Positions 1 to 12,611 of a stretch of 64,000 nucleotides of DNA are shown here, one piece after another. The stretch lies in contig NC_091986.1 of the NCBI RefSeq assembly GCF_044704955.1, forward strand, positions 191,580,001-191,644,000, written 5' to 3'. The translations under genes were made by a program, and so were the position numbers. The DNA comes from Pristiophorus japonicus (Eukaryota). The stretch's first letter is position 1, and each line of letters starts with the position of its first letter. Under the pieces are notes generated by a model that was given only the letters and a program-made list of their open reading frames with translations, was not told where the DNA came from and made no database searches.

Positions 1-1235
1 CTTGGCATTGAGATTGTGGCTGCATCTTCATGGTGCTTCATGCAAGGCTCCTGGTGCTAAACCTCTATTACCTGCAGTGGTCCTCTGCACATTCCCTTCT
101 TTCCTGAGAGATTACCATCGACCAGAGAGTGTCCAACACCTTCCACTGATGGTTACAAACCTCATATGCTGACTGCGACAACTGCAGCCATTTACCATTA
201 CTAGCCTTTGTGATTGCTTCCCTGTTTGTGTGGGAGCCCCATATCAAGGGAGCCTAGATGCAAGAAATCTTATCCTTCACTCTGTGCAGTTCTTGATGGG
301 CTGTGTGGCTGGTGCTGGGTTAGAACAGAAGCCAAATAGGGTGTGAACCGGCAGCACAATTTATCGCCTGATGTTCAGCTCTTTTTTTTAAAGAAGGCAA
401 TACAAAGCTCTGAGGACTTTTAACCTCGGGCCAACTTGCTTGGAGTGCTCCAGCATTGAAACACTGATCATCCTGAGTGGTTCGAATGCAGTAAAGCCAT
501 GGGTATTGCTTCAAAGTACTGCTTTACAGATGAATCCTCTGCTTTATTGCCACAAATATGACTGCTGCGCAATTACAATGAGCTCTAACTTTGTATGCTG
601 CATCCCACCCTGCCAGGAAACTATGCAAGGCAATACACTCCACTACCCAATTTGGGTTTGCGAAAGTTTTTCTAAAAGAAATACACCATTATGTAGATTG
701 ATGGGGCATCGTGCTCCGTAGAATGGGAAAGAGTGTATAATTCAGATACTCGGATGATGTGTTTTAGTCTATTCAGTCACTCCGTGCTGAAATATGCAAA
801 AAAGGAGTAAATGAGCAAAATACTTTATGCAGGTACCATGCTTTTAAGTTTTTTGTTTAAAACTTGCATTTGTACACTGCTTAATTATGTAATTGTAACA
901 CTTCAATAGCTTGTCAAAAGCAGTTTTAAATGAGGTATTTTTAATAAATATTGTGCATTACATTTATGAAAGTATCTAATCAACATTCTCAAGCTTTTTT
1001 TCCCCTGGAGACATTGAAAGAGCTTGTTGTATAGTCCCTTTAGACTCCTAAGAACAGCAGTTGTATCACCTCTCAACCTTCCCTTTACCAGTGAGTAGAT
1101 GCCCAGTTTACATAACCCCTCCTAATAATCCATTCCCTCCATCCTCTCAATCATTCTGGTTGCTCTCTTCTGTATCATTTCTATAGCTGCAATATTGTTT
1201 TTGTACTGTGGTAACCAGAACGGCACACAGTATTC

Positions 1236-2645
1236 TATGCCCCTTAGTCCTTGACTCTCCAACCAGCAGAAATAGTTTCTCTCTCTCTCTACCCTATCTG
1301 TTCCCTTTAATAACTTGAACTTAGATCAAATCAGCCCTTCACTGTCTAAGTTCTAGGGAATACAATCCTAATTTGTGTAATCTCCTTGGAGTCCGGGTAT
1401 CATTCTGGTAAACCTGTGCTGCCCTCTCTCCAAGGCCACAACAGGTAGAGCGTCCGAATTCTGGAAACCTCGGGACTGAGGCCGTTCCGGATTTGGGGTA
1501 TTTCCGGATTTCGGAACGTCTTTTCGACGTCCCAAATTTGGAAACGCCTGTACCGAGTTAAGAGGGGGGCCAAGCGGGAGGAGGTCGGGCGGCTGAGTGG
1601 GAGGATGGGCGGGGAGGTGTGGGGGAGGTGGCGGGTCCAGATTTCGGAATATTTTCTGGATTCCAGACGATCCCGCCATGCATCGGCCCGGATTCCAGAA
1701 CATTCCGAATTCCGGAACTCCGGATTTCAGATGCTAAACCTGTATATCCTTCCTAAGGTGTGATGCCTAGAAATGCTCACAGTACTCCAGGTGTGGTCCA
1801 ACCAGGGCTTTGTTTAGCTGTAGCATAACCTTTACGCCCTTGTGTTCTAGTTCTCTAGATATATAGGCCAGCATTCCATTAGCCTTTTTGATTATCTCCT
1901 ATACCTGTTCATGACATTTTAATCTATGTACACGGATCCCCAAGTCTCTTTGGACTTTTAACCATTTAGAAAGCTTTTCACCATTTAGAAAGTACCCTGT
2001 TCTATCCTTTTTAGGTCCAAAGTAAATGGCTTCACATTTGCCTACATTGAAATCTGTTTGCCACAGTTTATCCCTTTGTAATTTTATGCTTTCATCTACA
2101 TTGTCTATAGTGCCGACTAACTTTGTGTCATCGGCAAATTTGGACATGTGGCTTTCTATCCCATCATCTAAGTCATTAATAAATATGGTGAATAGATGAG
2201 GTCACAACACAGATCCCTGCAGGACAACAGTAGTCACATCCTGCCAATTAAGAGTTCCTGCCCATTATTTCTACTGTCTCCTGCCGCTCAACCAATTTTC
2301 TAACTAGGTCAATAATTTGCTTTCAATTCCATGGGCTTCAACTAAACAGTCTCTTCTGAGGAACTTTATCAAATGCTTTGTAGAAGTTCATATAAATAAC
2401 ATCCATTGATATACCCCTATCTACTACTTCAGTCACCGCTTCAAAAAATTCAATCAGTTTTGTGAGGCATGACCTACCTTTTACTAATCCATGCTGGCTC
2501 TCTGATCAGCTGAAAATGTTCAAGGTGTTTAGTCACCCTATCCTTAATTATAGACTCTAGCAATTTCCCGATAATAGCTGTTAGGCTAACTGGTCTATAA
2601 TTCCCTGGTTTCCCTCTCACCATTATTATAGTAGAGTGACATTCA
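1236..2645 (-). mobile_element. CR1 LINE ORF2 (RT to 3' region) fragment, decayed, interrupted by a MITE at 1442-1742
   Basis: ORF 1899-2147 reads SKFADDTKLVG..WQTDFNVGKC..QRDLG; upstream part reads NYRPVSL and KAFDKVP. Several stops and frameshifts. Confidence 0.9.
1442..1742 (+). mobile_element. Tc1/mariner (Tigger4/Zombi-like) MITE
   Basis: Imperfect TIRs CAGGTAGAGCGTCCGAA / TTCAGATGCTAAACCTG followed by TA; repeated TCCGGATTT subterminal motifs; cleanly splits a CR1; homologous to 15571-15978. Confidence 0.75.
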
Positions 2646-3408
2646 CCAGTTAATTGTCAATTGAGCAACAAATCTTTGCCATGATACCAGCAGAATTCCC
2701 CTCTGCGAGTAGTACTGTGAGATCGTTCAAGTCCACTTGATCAGGCAGACACGATCTGGCTTCAATCTCCTATGTGAAGGATGCCATATGCTGCAATTCC
2801 TCCAATTCACTGTCAACATAGATTAAGCGCTCAAATTATGACGGAGTTCAAACCCATAAACCACTGCCAGAGGTGAGTATCTTGGGTTTATCTGAACTGA
2901 TTTTTATGAATCCAGTGACGACCTAAGAAATGCAGGTGTCTTGTCTCATTGCAGACAGTAACAGAAAGTTTGAGCTATGCAGAGGGTGGTGGCATTAGGC
3001 TTATCGAATTTGATGGAAGAGTTGTTTAAAATTAATTTTTTAATCTCATCTGTTGTTCTGATAGTATAAATTAATGTTGAGCTTAGTATAATGAAATATT
3101 TTGGAATAAAAAAACTCTTGAAGTCTCCTATGATAGCTGATATGAATAAACCAGAGTGCAGCTGAGCCGTACAAAGGAAAAAGATTCAATTTTTCATCCG
3201 AGCTTTATGCTAAATTGGCTGATCTCTTTGGAACAATGGTATGGACGCTTCAGTATCCCTGTTGGAAGCACCGTGATTTAAAAAAAATGAAATGCTAATT
3301 GATAAATTGTTTATTACTGGGTAGTAGGGAAAGTGTATTGCATTGTAATCTTCAGAAGGGAAGGTCTATCATGAGAATAATCAGAGAGGAAAGTTGTTTA
3401 CAAAAGTA

Positions 3409-4284
3409 GGGCCCAGAATTTGCAGTCAGCGGCGAAGCAAAGGCATTCGCCATTGGCCCCAAAGAAAGTTGCTCAGAGGCCTTGGGATCTCTGGCGAAAT
3501 GTTTGCCATTTTCGGCACGTAATTGATTTCAATGCTCTACAGTCGGAATTCCCTTGTGCGATCTGCTGTGATGTCACCAAGCTGTCTGAGCAGCCAATCA
3601 TACTGCAGAATTTTCACAGACGGGGAATCAGGAAATGCTTTTATCCGAACTTTCAAAAAATGTTAGGAGTCTAAAACAAAGATTTGGTCTCTTGCATGGG
3701 GATAAAGTAGAACCTGAAATATCATAAACTAACTTGACCATTTTTTTTTAAAGTTTCTTGAATTGTAATTTTTATCATAATGCAGAAATTTGACACAGCA
3801 CAAATTTAAAATGAGTTTTTCAGGGCCATAATATTTGTTTAACAGTCTCTACACTGTTAACTCCCAATTACACCTAATCCAACAAGGCTTAATGGGGTAT
3901 TTAACAGCGATATTGCAGCAGAAAAGCCCAAGGTTTTATTGGTTTCACTGGCAATCAGATGGGTGGGGTTGCAGATCAAAGGCTGAAGCAGTTTGTTTGC
4001 AATTTTTTTCTGTCATCATTCCATTCAGACCACAGGTACAGTGCCCATTTCAATCTTGTTTTGTGATTTACACCTTACCCGTCATCACAAAGAAATCGGC
4101 TTTGGGTGGGGTTACAGGGGGTTTCCACAGTGCAGCCAGTGTCTGAGCAGTGAATGACCGGAACTTCAGGATTTCCACATTTGGATGTGCATGCGCTACG
4201 TCCTGAAGGTGCGGTCAGTTTCAAAGGGCTAATAGCGGTAAATGCTGTTGGTTTGCCATTATTACCCACTGCAAATTCCAGGCC
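3409..4284. mobile_element. Old Harbinger-like MITE
   Basis: Imperfect TIRs GGCCCAGAATTTGCAGT / ACTGCAAATTCCAGGCC; CpG-richer subterminal arms; TSD not recognisable. Confidence 0.55.
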
Positions 4285-4599
4285 AACGTCTTAAACACCT
4301 TGGTTGAAGCCACAAGGAAAGTAATAGCTATCTGGGTGTTTCACGTGCAGGACAGACTAAGTTAATTATCGGAGTTTTGTTTGTACATTTTTAAGAACAA
4401 ATAATCTTGTAATGTTCTACAGTTATTCTACATTGTGCCCAGTCCACTAATGCTAAGGGAGATCAGTGATGACGGGTAAGGTGTGAATCACAAAACAAGA
4501 TTGAAATGGGCACTGTACCTGTGGTCTGAATGGAATGATGACAGAAAAAAATTGCAAACAAACTGCTTCAGCCTTTGATCTGCAACCCCACCCATCTGA
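3955..4599. repeat. 134-bp inverted duplication (3955-4088 vs 4466-4599)
   Basis: Direct reading: the two segments are reverse complements with one visible mismatch. Confidence 0.95.
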
Positions 4600-4928
4600 G
4601 GCAGTTGCTAACTGGGGTCATTCTCCTGCTTTTTCCATTAATCTTCAAATCAATGCCAAGAATACAAATCTCCAGATGCCAAGAATACAAATACAAAGTT
4701 CATTATAAACACCACTGATCAGAAGTGACGATTTCTATGTTTAAATGCACAAGATCTGTGATCTATTTGCCCCAAAGAGGTAAGCAATTCAGAATTTAAG
4801 GTTTGTTTTGTGACATTAATTTTGTGACATTACTTTAATTTTTTGACATTAATAATTTTGAGTCTAAGGGATTTTGTTAGCTTCAATTTTAGGAATGCAA
4901 TTTGTCAATCCAGTCACTGTTGGTATGT

Positions 4929-5348
4929 GTCAGCTGTGGCTCAGTGATGACACACTCACTTCTGAGTCACAAGATTGTGGGTTCAAGTTCCACTCCAGAG
5001 ATGAGCATATCATTTAGGCTGGCATTTCTGTGCAGTACAGGAGGTGCTGTCTTTCAGATGAGACATTAAACCATGGCCCAGTCTACCCTCTCGGGTGGAT
5101 GGAAAAGATCCGAAGGCACTTTTCGAAGAAGAGCAGGGAAGTTCTCCCAGTGATCAGGCCAACAGTTATCCCTCAACCAATACCTAAATTAGATGATCTG
5201 GTCATTTATGTTATTGCTGTTTGTGGAGGTTTGCTGTGCACACATTGGCTACTTTACAGCAGTGACTACACTTTCGAAGTGCTTCATTGGCTGTAAAGTG
5301 AGTTGGGACACCGAGGTTGGAAAAGGTGCTATATAAATGCAAGTCTTT
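4929..5348 (+). mobile_element. tRNA-derived SINE, SacSINE1/DeuSINE-like, full length
   Basis: A-box TGGCTCAGTG, B-box GGTTCAAGTTCC, Deu-like core GTCTTTCAGATGAGACATTAAACC, L2-type tail GCTATATAAATGCAAGTCTTT. Confidence 0.85.
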
Positions 5349-5619
5349 AATAATTTGTGCTATGCAGAGAATTGATCTCTAGTTAAAAGATGAAGTCTTC
5401 GAGATAATGTTACCAACCATGCCATTTTCATCTCCATAATTACATTCAAATAATTTATTTCGCTGTGATTCAAGTTATCGGGTAACGGATAATAAATGAT
5501 TTATCGAATGCTTTGGCACAAATGTGGTGCTCTGCACAATACCCATGTAAATTATTTTGGCAGATCATCAATTGTTTTAGCATTCTGTGGCTCTCTGAAG
5601 TCTGGACATACGAAGAAGG

Positions 5620-5830
5620 AATGAATTTGCATTTATATAGCGTCTGTCATGTCGACATCCGAAAGCACTTCACAACCAATGAAGTACATTTTGAAATGTA
5701 GTCACTTGTAGTGTAGAAAATGGGGCAGCCTAATTGTGTACAGCAATGTCCCACAAACAGCAATGAGATAAATGACTAGATAATTTGTTTGTGATGTTGG
5801 TGGAGGGATAAAATGTTGGCCAGGACACAC
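5620..5830 (-). mobile_element. 3' half of the same SINE family
   Basis: TTGCATTTATATAGCG...CCCACAAACAGCAATG...GGGATAAATGTTGGCCAGGACAC is the reverse complement of the 3' half of 4929-5348. Confidence 0.8.
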
Positions 5831-5953
5831 GGATCCATGACTCATCCTGACTCAGAAGGATGAGCTTTGATGGTTGAATGGCCTTTTTCCATCTTGGCTT
5901 TACTTGTTTTCTTGTGTTGATTTCTAGCTCTGGCTCATTGTAAACATTGTACA

Positions 5954-6530
5954 GGGCTAGAAATTTGGTTCTCAGCAAAACAGTATTTTTTCGCCAGAAT
6001 TACTGTTTTTGCTTCACTATCGCTATCAGGCCGTAAATTCAAGCTTTAATTTGTGCAGCGGTAAAAAGCGACGTTGCACGACAATTCGCGGTGCAAACCG
6101 CGATCCTCGCCAACTTTAGTCCGAGGCCGAAACCGCTGCGAGTTAGGCCACGTGAGGGCGGAAAAGCACCAAAAAATAAATTGGAGGGGGGGGGGGAAAC
6201 ATTCACAACATTTACAAGACACTTATCTATCAAATCGCTGAAAAAGAATTTAAAAATAAAAACATTAACTTACCTTTTTGCAGGGCTTCATACTTACCGC
6301 TGTTGGCAGGGCTGCTATGACAGGTTTTTCCCTGTCTGTATTATGAGCGCAGAATACTGGTGCGGAGAGAGCCAAATTTTTGGCGCAAACGCTATTTCGG
6401 CCTTGCACAGCAGTGCTCCTCTGCCCATCAGTACGTGGAAAGCACTGCTGCAAAAACGCCACCATATTTCCCACAAAAACGGTGAAATAGCACCAAAAGC
6501 CCGGTCGCAAAATCACCAAATTTCTAGCCC
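5954..6530. mobile_element. Harbinger-like MITE (577 bp)
   Basis: Perfect 16-bp TIRs GGGCTAGAAATTTGGT / ACCAAATTTCTAGCCC; CpG-rich arms; flanks ACA / TCT do not form a TSD. Confidence 0.75.
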
Positions 6531-7282
6531 TCTGAATCTTCCGATTGGTCCATGTTAGTGTTAGTCATTGAGCCTAAATGATATGCTCATCTCTGGAGTG
6601 GAACTTGAACCCACAATCTTGTGACTCAGAAGCGAGTGTGTCATCACTGAGTCACAGCTGACACATACCAACAGTGATTGGATTGACAAATTGCATTCCT
6701 AAAATCTAAGCTAACAAAATCCCTTAGACTCAAAGTTATTAATGTCAAAAAAATAAAGTACTGCAACAAACCTTAAATTCTGAATTGCTTACCTCTTTGG
6801 GGCAAATAGATCACAGATCTTGTGCATTTAAACATAGAAATCGTCACTTCTGATCAGTGGTGTTTATAATGAACTTTGTCACAGATTGAGCTAATCTAAC
6901 ATATCACTGTTACACTTCAGTTTAGTCAGTTTTTAAGAAATGTGTACATTGGCTACAGGAATAAAAGTTATCCCTGTTTCCAAGTACAATTATAAACTGC
7001 TTAATAAAGTTTCATGGAGTAATTTGTTGTATGTCTGATAGGCTAATAATCAAAATCCTTTTTTTTTCCGACCAGCATTGTTTAAAATTGCATTGGAGGA
7101 AGTAAAGTCTTGAATTTAAAATTGTTCCATCCCCATCTTAAATCTCAAGATACTGATGGTGAGGCACATTTTTTTTAAATAAGAATTCTGCTTGTTCCTT
7201 TAGTTGTATACTAGTGAGAAGGGCAAGAACTGTCCTTTTGAACTGATGTGCAAACATCAAGAGAACTATTTTAATAAAAAGA

Positions 7283-7375
7283 AAGACTTGCATTTCTACA
7301 GCACCTTTCACGACCACCAGGTGTCTCAAAGCGCTTTACAGCCAATGAAGTACTTTTGAAGTGTTGTCATTGTAT
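7283..7375 (-). mobile_element. SINE 3' tail fragment
   Basis: AAGACTTGCATTTCTACAGCACC...AAAGCGCTTTACAGCCAATGAAGTACTTTTGAAGTG matches the SINE tail. Confidence 0.7.
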
Positions 7376-8319
7376 TGAAAATGTAATATTTAAATTGTAA
7401 AACCAGTGTTAATTCATTGCAGTTGAAGCTTTATTTTGAGCTTGCATCAGCAAAACAATTACTGTCACAAACTGCTACTGGAATATGTAAAGTGTGTGAC
7501 ATACTGGGGGTTTGCCCAGATGAATAATTAGTATAAAACAGCTAAAGAAAATTCATCATCTAATGGAACAGCAACAATAGTTGGTGAGCAGTGCTAAAAT
7601 GTTCTTTTTTGAGTCCCAGATTCAAAGTAATTTTATTGCTAAATGCTGGGTATCTAATTAAGCCTTTGTTACATGTTTCTGTGCATTGGACTTGCCTTTA
7701 TTGCTACTTTAAAATATTGATAGACAAGCCCAGGGGTTGTGCACACCATTGTCAACTGTTTTGAAATCTGAGAGGAATAATGAATAGATGAAATTAAAGC
7801 TCCACTTAGTTGTGCATAATTGCCCTTACAGGAGAATAAACACCAACGTATACTGGTTAGGATGAACATGTGTAATTCTACATGCCATCACCTTATTGCC
7901 CAGCTTGGAATCTAGCCCAACTGATGTGGCAAAGATCTCCTTCCTGTTTTTTTTAGTTGTAGAATGTTGTGTGAAGTAAGTTTGGGAAATATTGGCCAAA
8001 TCCCTAGTAGGTATGGGCCCCAGTGCAGAGTGCTCCTGATCTGGCACAAAATAATGTCTTGCATTTAGTTTTAAAAAGATATAAAAATATACAAAAAGTC
8101 TGCTATACAGAATTTTTGAGATGCTTTACTCGGCAGGTGGGGGTGTATGTAACACATCAACACCTATGGAAATAATTGCTTTGTTTTGCAAAAGGGTTTC
8201 CCAGAAATATGATCCGATTGTGGTATTTGAATGGTATATACAACTCATGGGGACATTTAACATTTTTGAGATTGTAATGTATACACCTGTGAGTATGCTC
8301 ACAGATTTGTAGAGCTGTT

Positions 8320-9165
8320 GGGCTCAATTTTGTCCAAAGCTGTTTTCTAGCATATTGCCAGAGTTACGCCCCTTTTTCTAGGCCAGAAATACTCAATATT
8401 TGTGCCAAGTTTCCCCACTGTATTTTTCAAAATTGCCACTGTGCGGCCTGTCCAGTCACCTCGCGGGGGGCGGGGGGTTGAGGCTGCTGTCTGCGCCGAA
8501 AAAATGATGTCGCCCTTCTGTGCGTGTGCGGTTAAAAAAAAGTTATGTTTTTGATATTCCTATGGGCGCACATGCGCACTATGGCTCCTGGTCTGCATTC
8601 GGCCATTTTTAAAGAGCCAGTTGTGTATGTGAGAACCTTGAGTGCTGTGTAAGAACATATGAAAAATCGGAGCTGCAATACAAGATGCAACATCGTGCAA
8701 GGACCAAGATTTTCTTACAGGATGAAGTGGAGGCACAAGTTGCTGTGATTGAGAACAGATGGCAGGAGCTGTACACCAGCAGAGGTCACACAAAAGTTCC
8801 ACCCAAAAAAGTGAAGAAACGCTTGGAACCAAGTTGCAGAAGATTACTATGCAATGGTGACCACCCTGAGTTCTGGAGGCCAGTGCAAAAAGAAGTGACA
8901 GGACCTTGGTCAAGTAGTTAGTGTAAGTAATATTTTCATTTATTCAATACAATTGTAATTTAAATCTGACCAGCTGTATGTCCCACTCAGCAGAAAGACA
9001 CCCTCTCTAAAAAGTTGTATTTTCATCTTTGCAGAGGAAAGTGGCACATAACAAAAGGGAAAGAACTCGAACAGGAGGAGGCCTGACAAATCTGCACCCA
9101 CTGACACCCTTGGAAGAGAGCGTCGCTGCTTTGATGGGTCCTGCCTGGAGAAACGCAGAAGCTCA
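8320..9165 (+). mobile_element. Truncated Harbinger-like element (Myb-gene side)
   Basis: Begins with TIR-like GGGCTCAATTTTG (compare 42346), then a CpG-rich promoter-like segment and the Myb-like pseudogene; no second TIR found. Confidence 0.7.
8685..9165 (+). pseudogene. Harbinger Myb/SANT-like (NAIF1/MSANTD-type) gene remnant; exon 1 8685-8922, intron 8923-9034, exon 2 from 9035
   Basis: MQHRARTKIFLQDEVE..IENRWQEL..KKR/WNQVAEDY..QCKKK*QDLGQVVS|GTAAGT...TTGCAG|RKVAHNKRERTRTGGG..LTPLEE; one frameshift and one stop; homologous to 51411-53089. Confidence 0.85.
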
Positions 9166-9302
9166 AAATGGCAGGAAGGATAGACAGGTTCTTTGTTCTC
9201 TCTCGCTAAGGTCTATATGGACCACACTCCCCGGGCTCATTGCAGTCTTGTGACTTCTTCCGATCGCGTTCAACAGCACCTTCCACCCCCGCCCCCCGGC
9301 AA

Positions 9303-9419
9303 TGGGTCATCGACCTGAAACGTTAACACTCTTTCTCTCCACAGATACTGTCTGACCTGAGTATTTCCAGCATTTTCTGTTTTTATTTCAGATTCCAGCA
9401 TCCACAGTATTTTGCCTTG
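9303..9419 (+). mobile_element. Penelope-type terminal repeat fragment (hammerhead 5' core missing)
   Basis: GGTCATCGACCTGAAACGTTAAC...CTCTCCACAGAT...CCAGCATTTTCTGTTTTTATTTCAGAT, homologous to 44378-44653. Confidence 0.7.
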
Positions 9420-10444
9420 TGACTTTATCCTCACTTGATGTCCGTATTTATATTTCCAGCAAGTTGCTTAGAAGTGAGGAATAGCAGGAATCTTGATTTC
9501 CCTGCTGCTGCCCAGCACAGGGATACTGTGACTGATTGTGGTAACTCACTACTTCATTTGTTTAACTTAAACCAGGGATGAAACCTGGGATCTTTCCTGG
9601 TTTGTATGGTCATGTCTTGTAGTATATTAACCCACCAAGCATCATTTAGGTTTGTAATGCAAGAAATTGAGCTTTAACCAGCTGAAATAACACAATGTAC
9701 CAGCAGCAAACATCCGTATGCTGTTGTGTTTGTTCAGGTAGAGCCACCCAATCCTGCTTAAGAAGCTATAAGCTAATTAATAGTTTCTTCAGGCAGCAGT
9801 TGGTTATTGGAATAAATAATCTCACAGTGCAGCAAACATTGATTCATTCAATGGAATCACAATGATTCCTAATTTGGAAAAGATTGGAGGGATATGGGAG
9901 AAAAATGCAAATTGGCATATGCCAACATAGAAAACTTGAAAATGTGGCCAAAGCCCTTTTTAAAAAAAAATGGCAACCTAGAAACAGCTTAGAATCTAGG
10001 CCTATGACGTGCAGTTACCCTGAAAGTGCAGCAGGGCATGGTTTTTCAATCACCTAAGCTGCAGGTATACCCAATGCTCTATTACTTTTCTGGTGAAAGG
10101 CAATGGCAAAAATTGCGTTCTCCCTCATTTCCTGTAGAAATAGATATTGTGGGCCATTGCTTAGATTTATTGCTGCTCTATTGCTCATTCTAATAAATTG
10201 CTTTAAAATTGCTATATGATTCAGTGACAGACACACTCTTCTACTGTTTTTTCCAGCTCAGAAGAATACAGAATCGTGCACACCAATATTTTTTATAATT
10301 AAAATTAAAGCATGAAATTCACCTTAAGTACTGTGGATCTGCACCAACAAAACACCTTCAATCTTAATGCAGTGTATATTCCAACAAAAGATTTGCCTAT
10401 GTTAATACTTTTGGTCCCAAGTATAAAAATCACCGTTAAGAGAA

Positions 10445-10718
10445 CAGTTTGCCTTTTCGCCTTCATCCCTTTTATCATTTAATCACTCCTGCCTTCCACC
10501 CTATTACAGACATTCCCTTTTGTTCTTTCTTCCCTGCCTCCGTACTTGCTTAAAAACTGTTATATATCTCAACTTTTTCTAGTTAAGGCAAACGGTCATC
10601 GACCTGAATGGTTAACTCTGTCTCTCTCTCTCCACAGATGCTCCCTGAGCTGCTGAGTAATTCCAGCATTTTCTGTTTTACTTCAGATTTTCAGCATCTG
10701 CAGCATTCTGCTTTTGTA
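10445..10718 (+). mobile_element. Penelope-type terminal repeat, hammerhead degenerate
   Basis: Colinear with 44378-44653 (CCTGCCTTCCACCCTAT...GGTCATCGACCTGAA..TTAACTCTG..CCACAGATGCT); CTGATGA and GAAAC are mutated. Confidence 0.75.
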
Positions 10719-12611
10719 TTAGTATTGAGATTTGTTCTGATTGTAATTAGCTGAAGTATAACTCATTTGTTTTAAAGAATTGCACTGTTAGCTACTCCTT
10801 GCTGATTGAATTGAAATAATCAGCCAAAGTTTGTAATTAATAGACAATTAAACCTAGTTGTCTTACTCATAGGTTGGCTGTTTTCAGCAAAGTACACATT
10901 GTTCTGGCTATAGTACACAGAAGACTGCTGATTGGCTTTTAGTAAAACAATTGCTGAGGTATATTTTTAGCCTTGAATTTCATAGTGGGAAGTTGAGGTA
11001 ATTGTCAGCAGAAAAATGTTACGTGAACAAGCGAGCATTTTAGTTCTTCGTGGGGCTAATTACTGAAAATGAATTTAAGAAAGAAGTATACTTGCAAACA
11101 CTCTTTGATTATGCCGATTTTCTTTTCTGCTCTTCATCCTCCAATTTCCCTTGAATTGAGGCTGCTTGCCATCATGTACACATCTTCCTCATTCAGGAGA
11201 GCAAGGTGATCTGAGAGACTCGCAGTTTTTTTATTTCTATTGGTGCTTCCTCATCAGCCAACAGAACTGGACAATGTCGAGCTTTGCAATTTTACTTGGC
11301 CTCTTCCCTCTCCCAAATGAAACGAGAATTTTTACGAAAGTGAAAAGGCAGTTGGCACAAGAAATTGCTGCTTTTTCACAGATATAACCAGCTTTTCATC
11401 ATATCCCTCAATCGGTTCTCTCTGCAGAATCCATTTCATTGTTTCTTGAATCGATTCATATTATGAAACTGGAAAGAGACTGAGCTGATGCTCTCGGAGC
11501 ACATTTTTTCTATTGGTGTGCAGGAAAAGAAACAATTAAAAAAAAACATGTTTTACTCCTTGCTTTTATTTAGAGGAAGGGTCTAGGAAATATCGTTTAG
11601 TAAGTGCAGTCGATGGTCTTGGGTTTTTTTCTCCCAAGGTTACATAATGATTAATTAGATTTGTCCAATATTTTTTTGCTCCACTGGAGCTAAGAACTCA
11701 AACATGTTGGGTAACCTGCATCCTCCTGCCCTGAAACATTATACCACCATCTAATGTGGTCTGGGATGTTGTGACGAAAGCATGGATTCCATTCTGAGTC
11801 GAAAGGTGAAACATTTCAGTAATTTCTGTTGTACTGCTCTGAAATAACAAGTTAATAAGGAAGCTGTCTTTTTACTTATGAAATTTCAAAATGGAGACTG
11901 GGGATGTACTGTTTGTGAGCCACAAGCCCAGTGTTTTATATGTAAATCAACCAAAATGCAAAATGCTGGTTCCAGGTGCCAGTCAAATTATTGACCCTTT
12001 TGAAGGACCATGGCTATTTTATGTTAACTCTCACGCACGCCGACCAAGCAAAAGTTGTGATCTCAATTTCTGTTGAATGTCAAAAGCAATCGGGCCAACA
12101 GATGGCCAAGAGACTACAATCCACCCATCTACACAAGTGCTAGCAATGGTGAATATCTTAACTGCCTCACCATTGAGAATAATGAATTTAATCAAATAAT
12201 CCTGCTTTCGCACCAAAGTAAACAGACATATAATTGGGGAACAACTATGTGGTCCCCAGCTCCCTGCTTCACACCACCGATACAATGTTAAGTGGCCAAG
12301 AGTCATCTCAGTTGAAAGCGACTGAAACAAACGAACCACAGAGATTTGGACTATCTCAAATTTTGAACTTGTTTATATATTATGTAATGTAAGTATTGTA
12401 CTAGTCTCTTGCTGAGTCTTTCTGCTTGTTTACAGTTATTATGCTTATAAATAAATCTGAATGTAGTTGTGCGGTAGTTACTACCTTTTGGAGTAGACAG
12501 AGTGGCAGACATCCCACGTAGTCTCTGGTGCATTATATTGTAATGAAGGTATCATTGTTATTCCTGTGGCAAGCTATGCTACTCATGGCACATAAGAGAA
12601 GGTTGTTAAAG

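Larger units (their letters stand above)
4693..6879. repeat. ~310-330-bp inverted duplication (4693-5020 vs 6571-6879)
   Basis: Reverse-complement match covering unique sequence plus the 5' end of the SINE at 4929; a few substitutions and one small indel region. Confidence 0.93.

Noticed and set aside
4929-5000. tRNA gene
   Set aside because: A/B boxes belong to a SINE head continuous with SINE body and tail; the same applies at 38638.
11100-11480. Coding-looking purine-rich minus-strand stretch
   Set aside because: Stops in all frames after the plausible acceptor and no recognisable domain.
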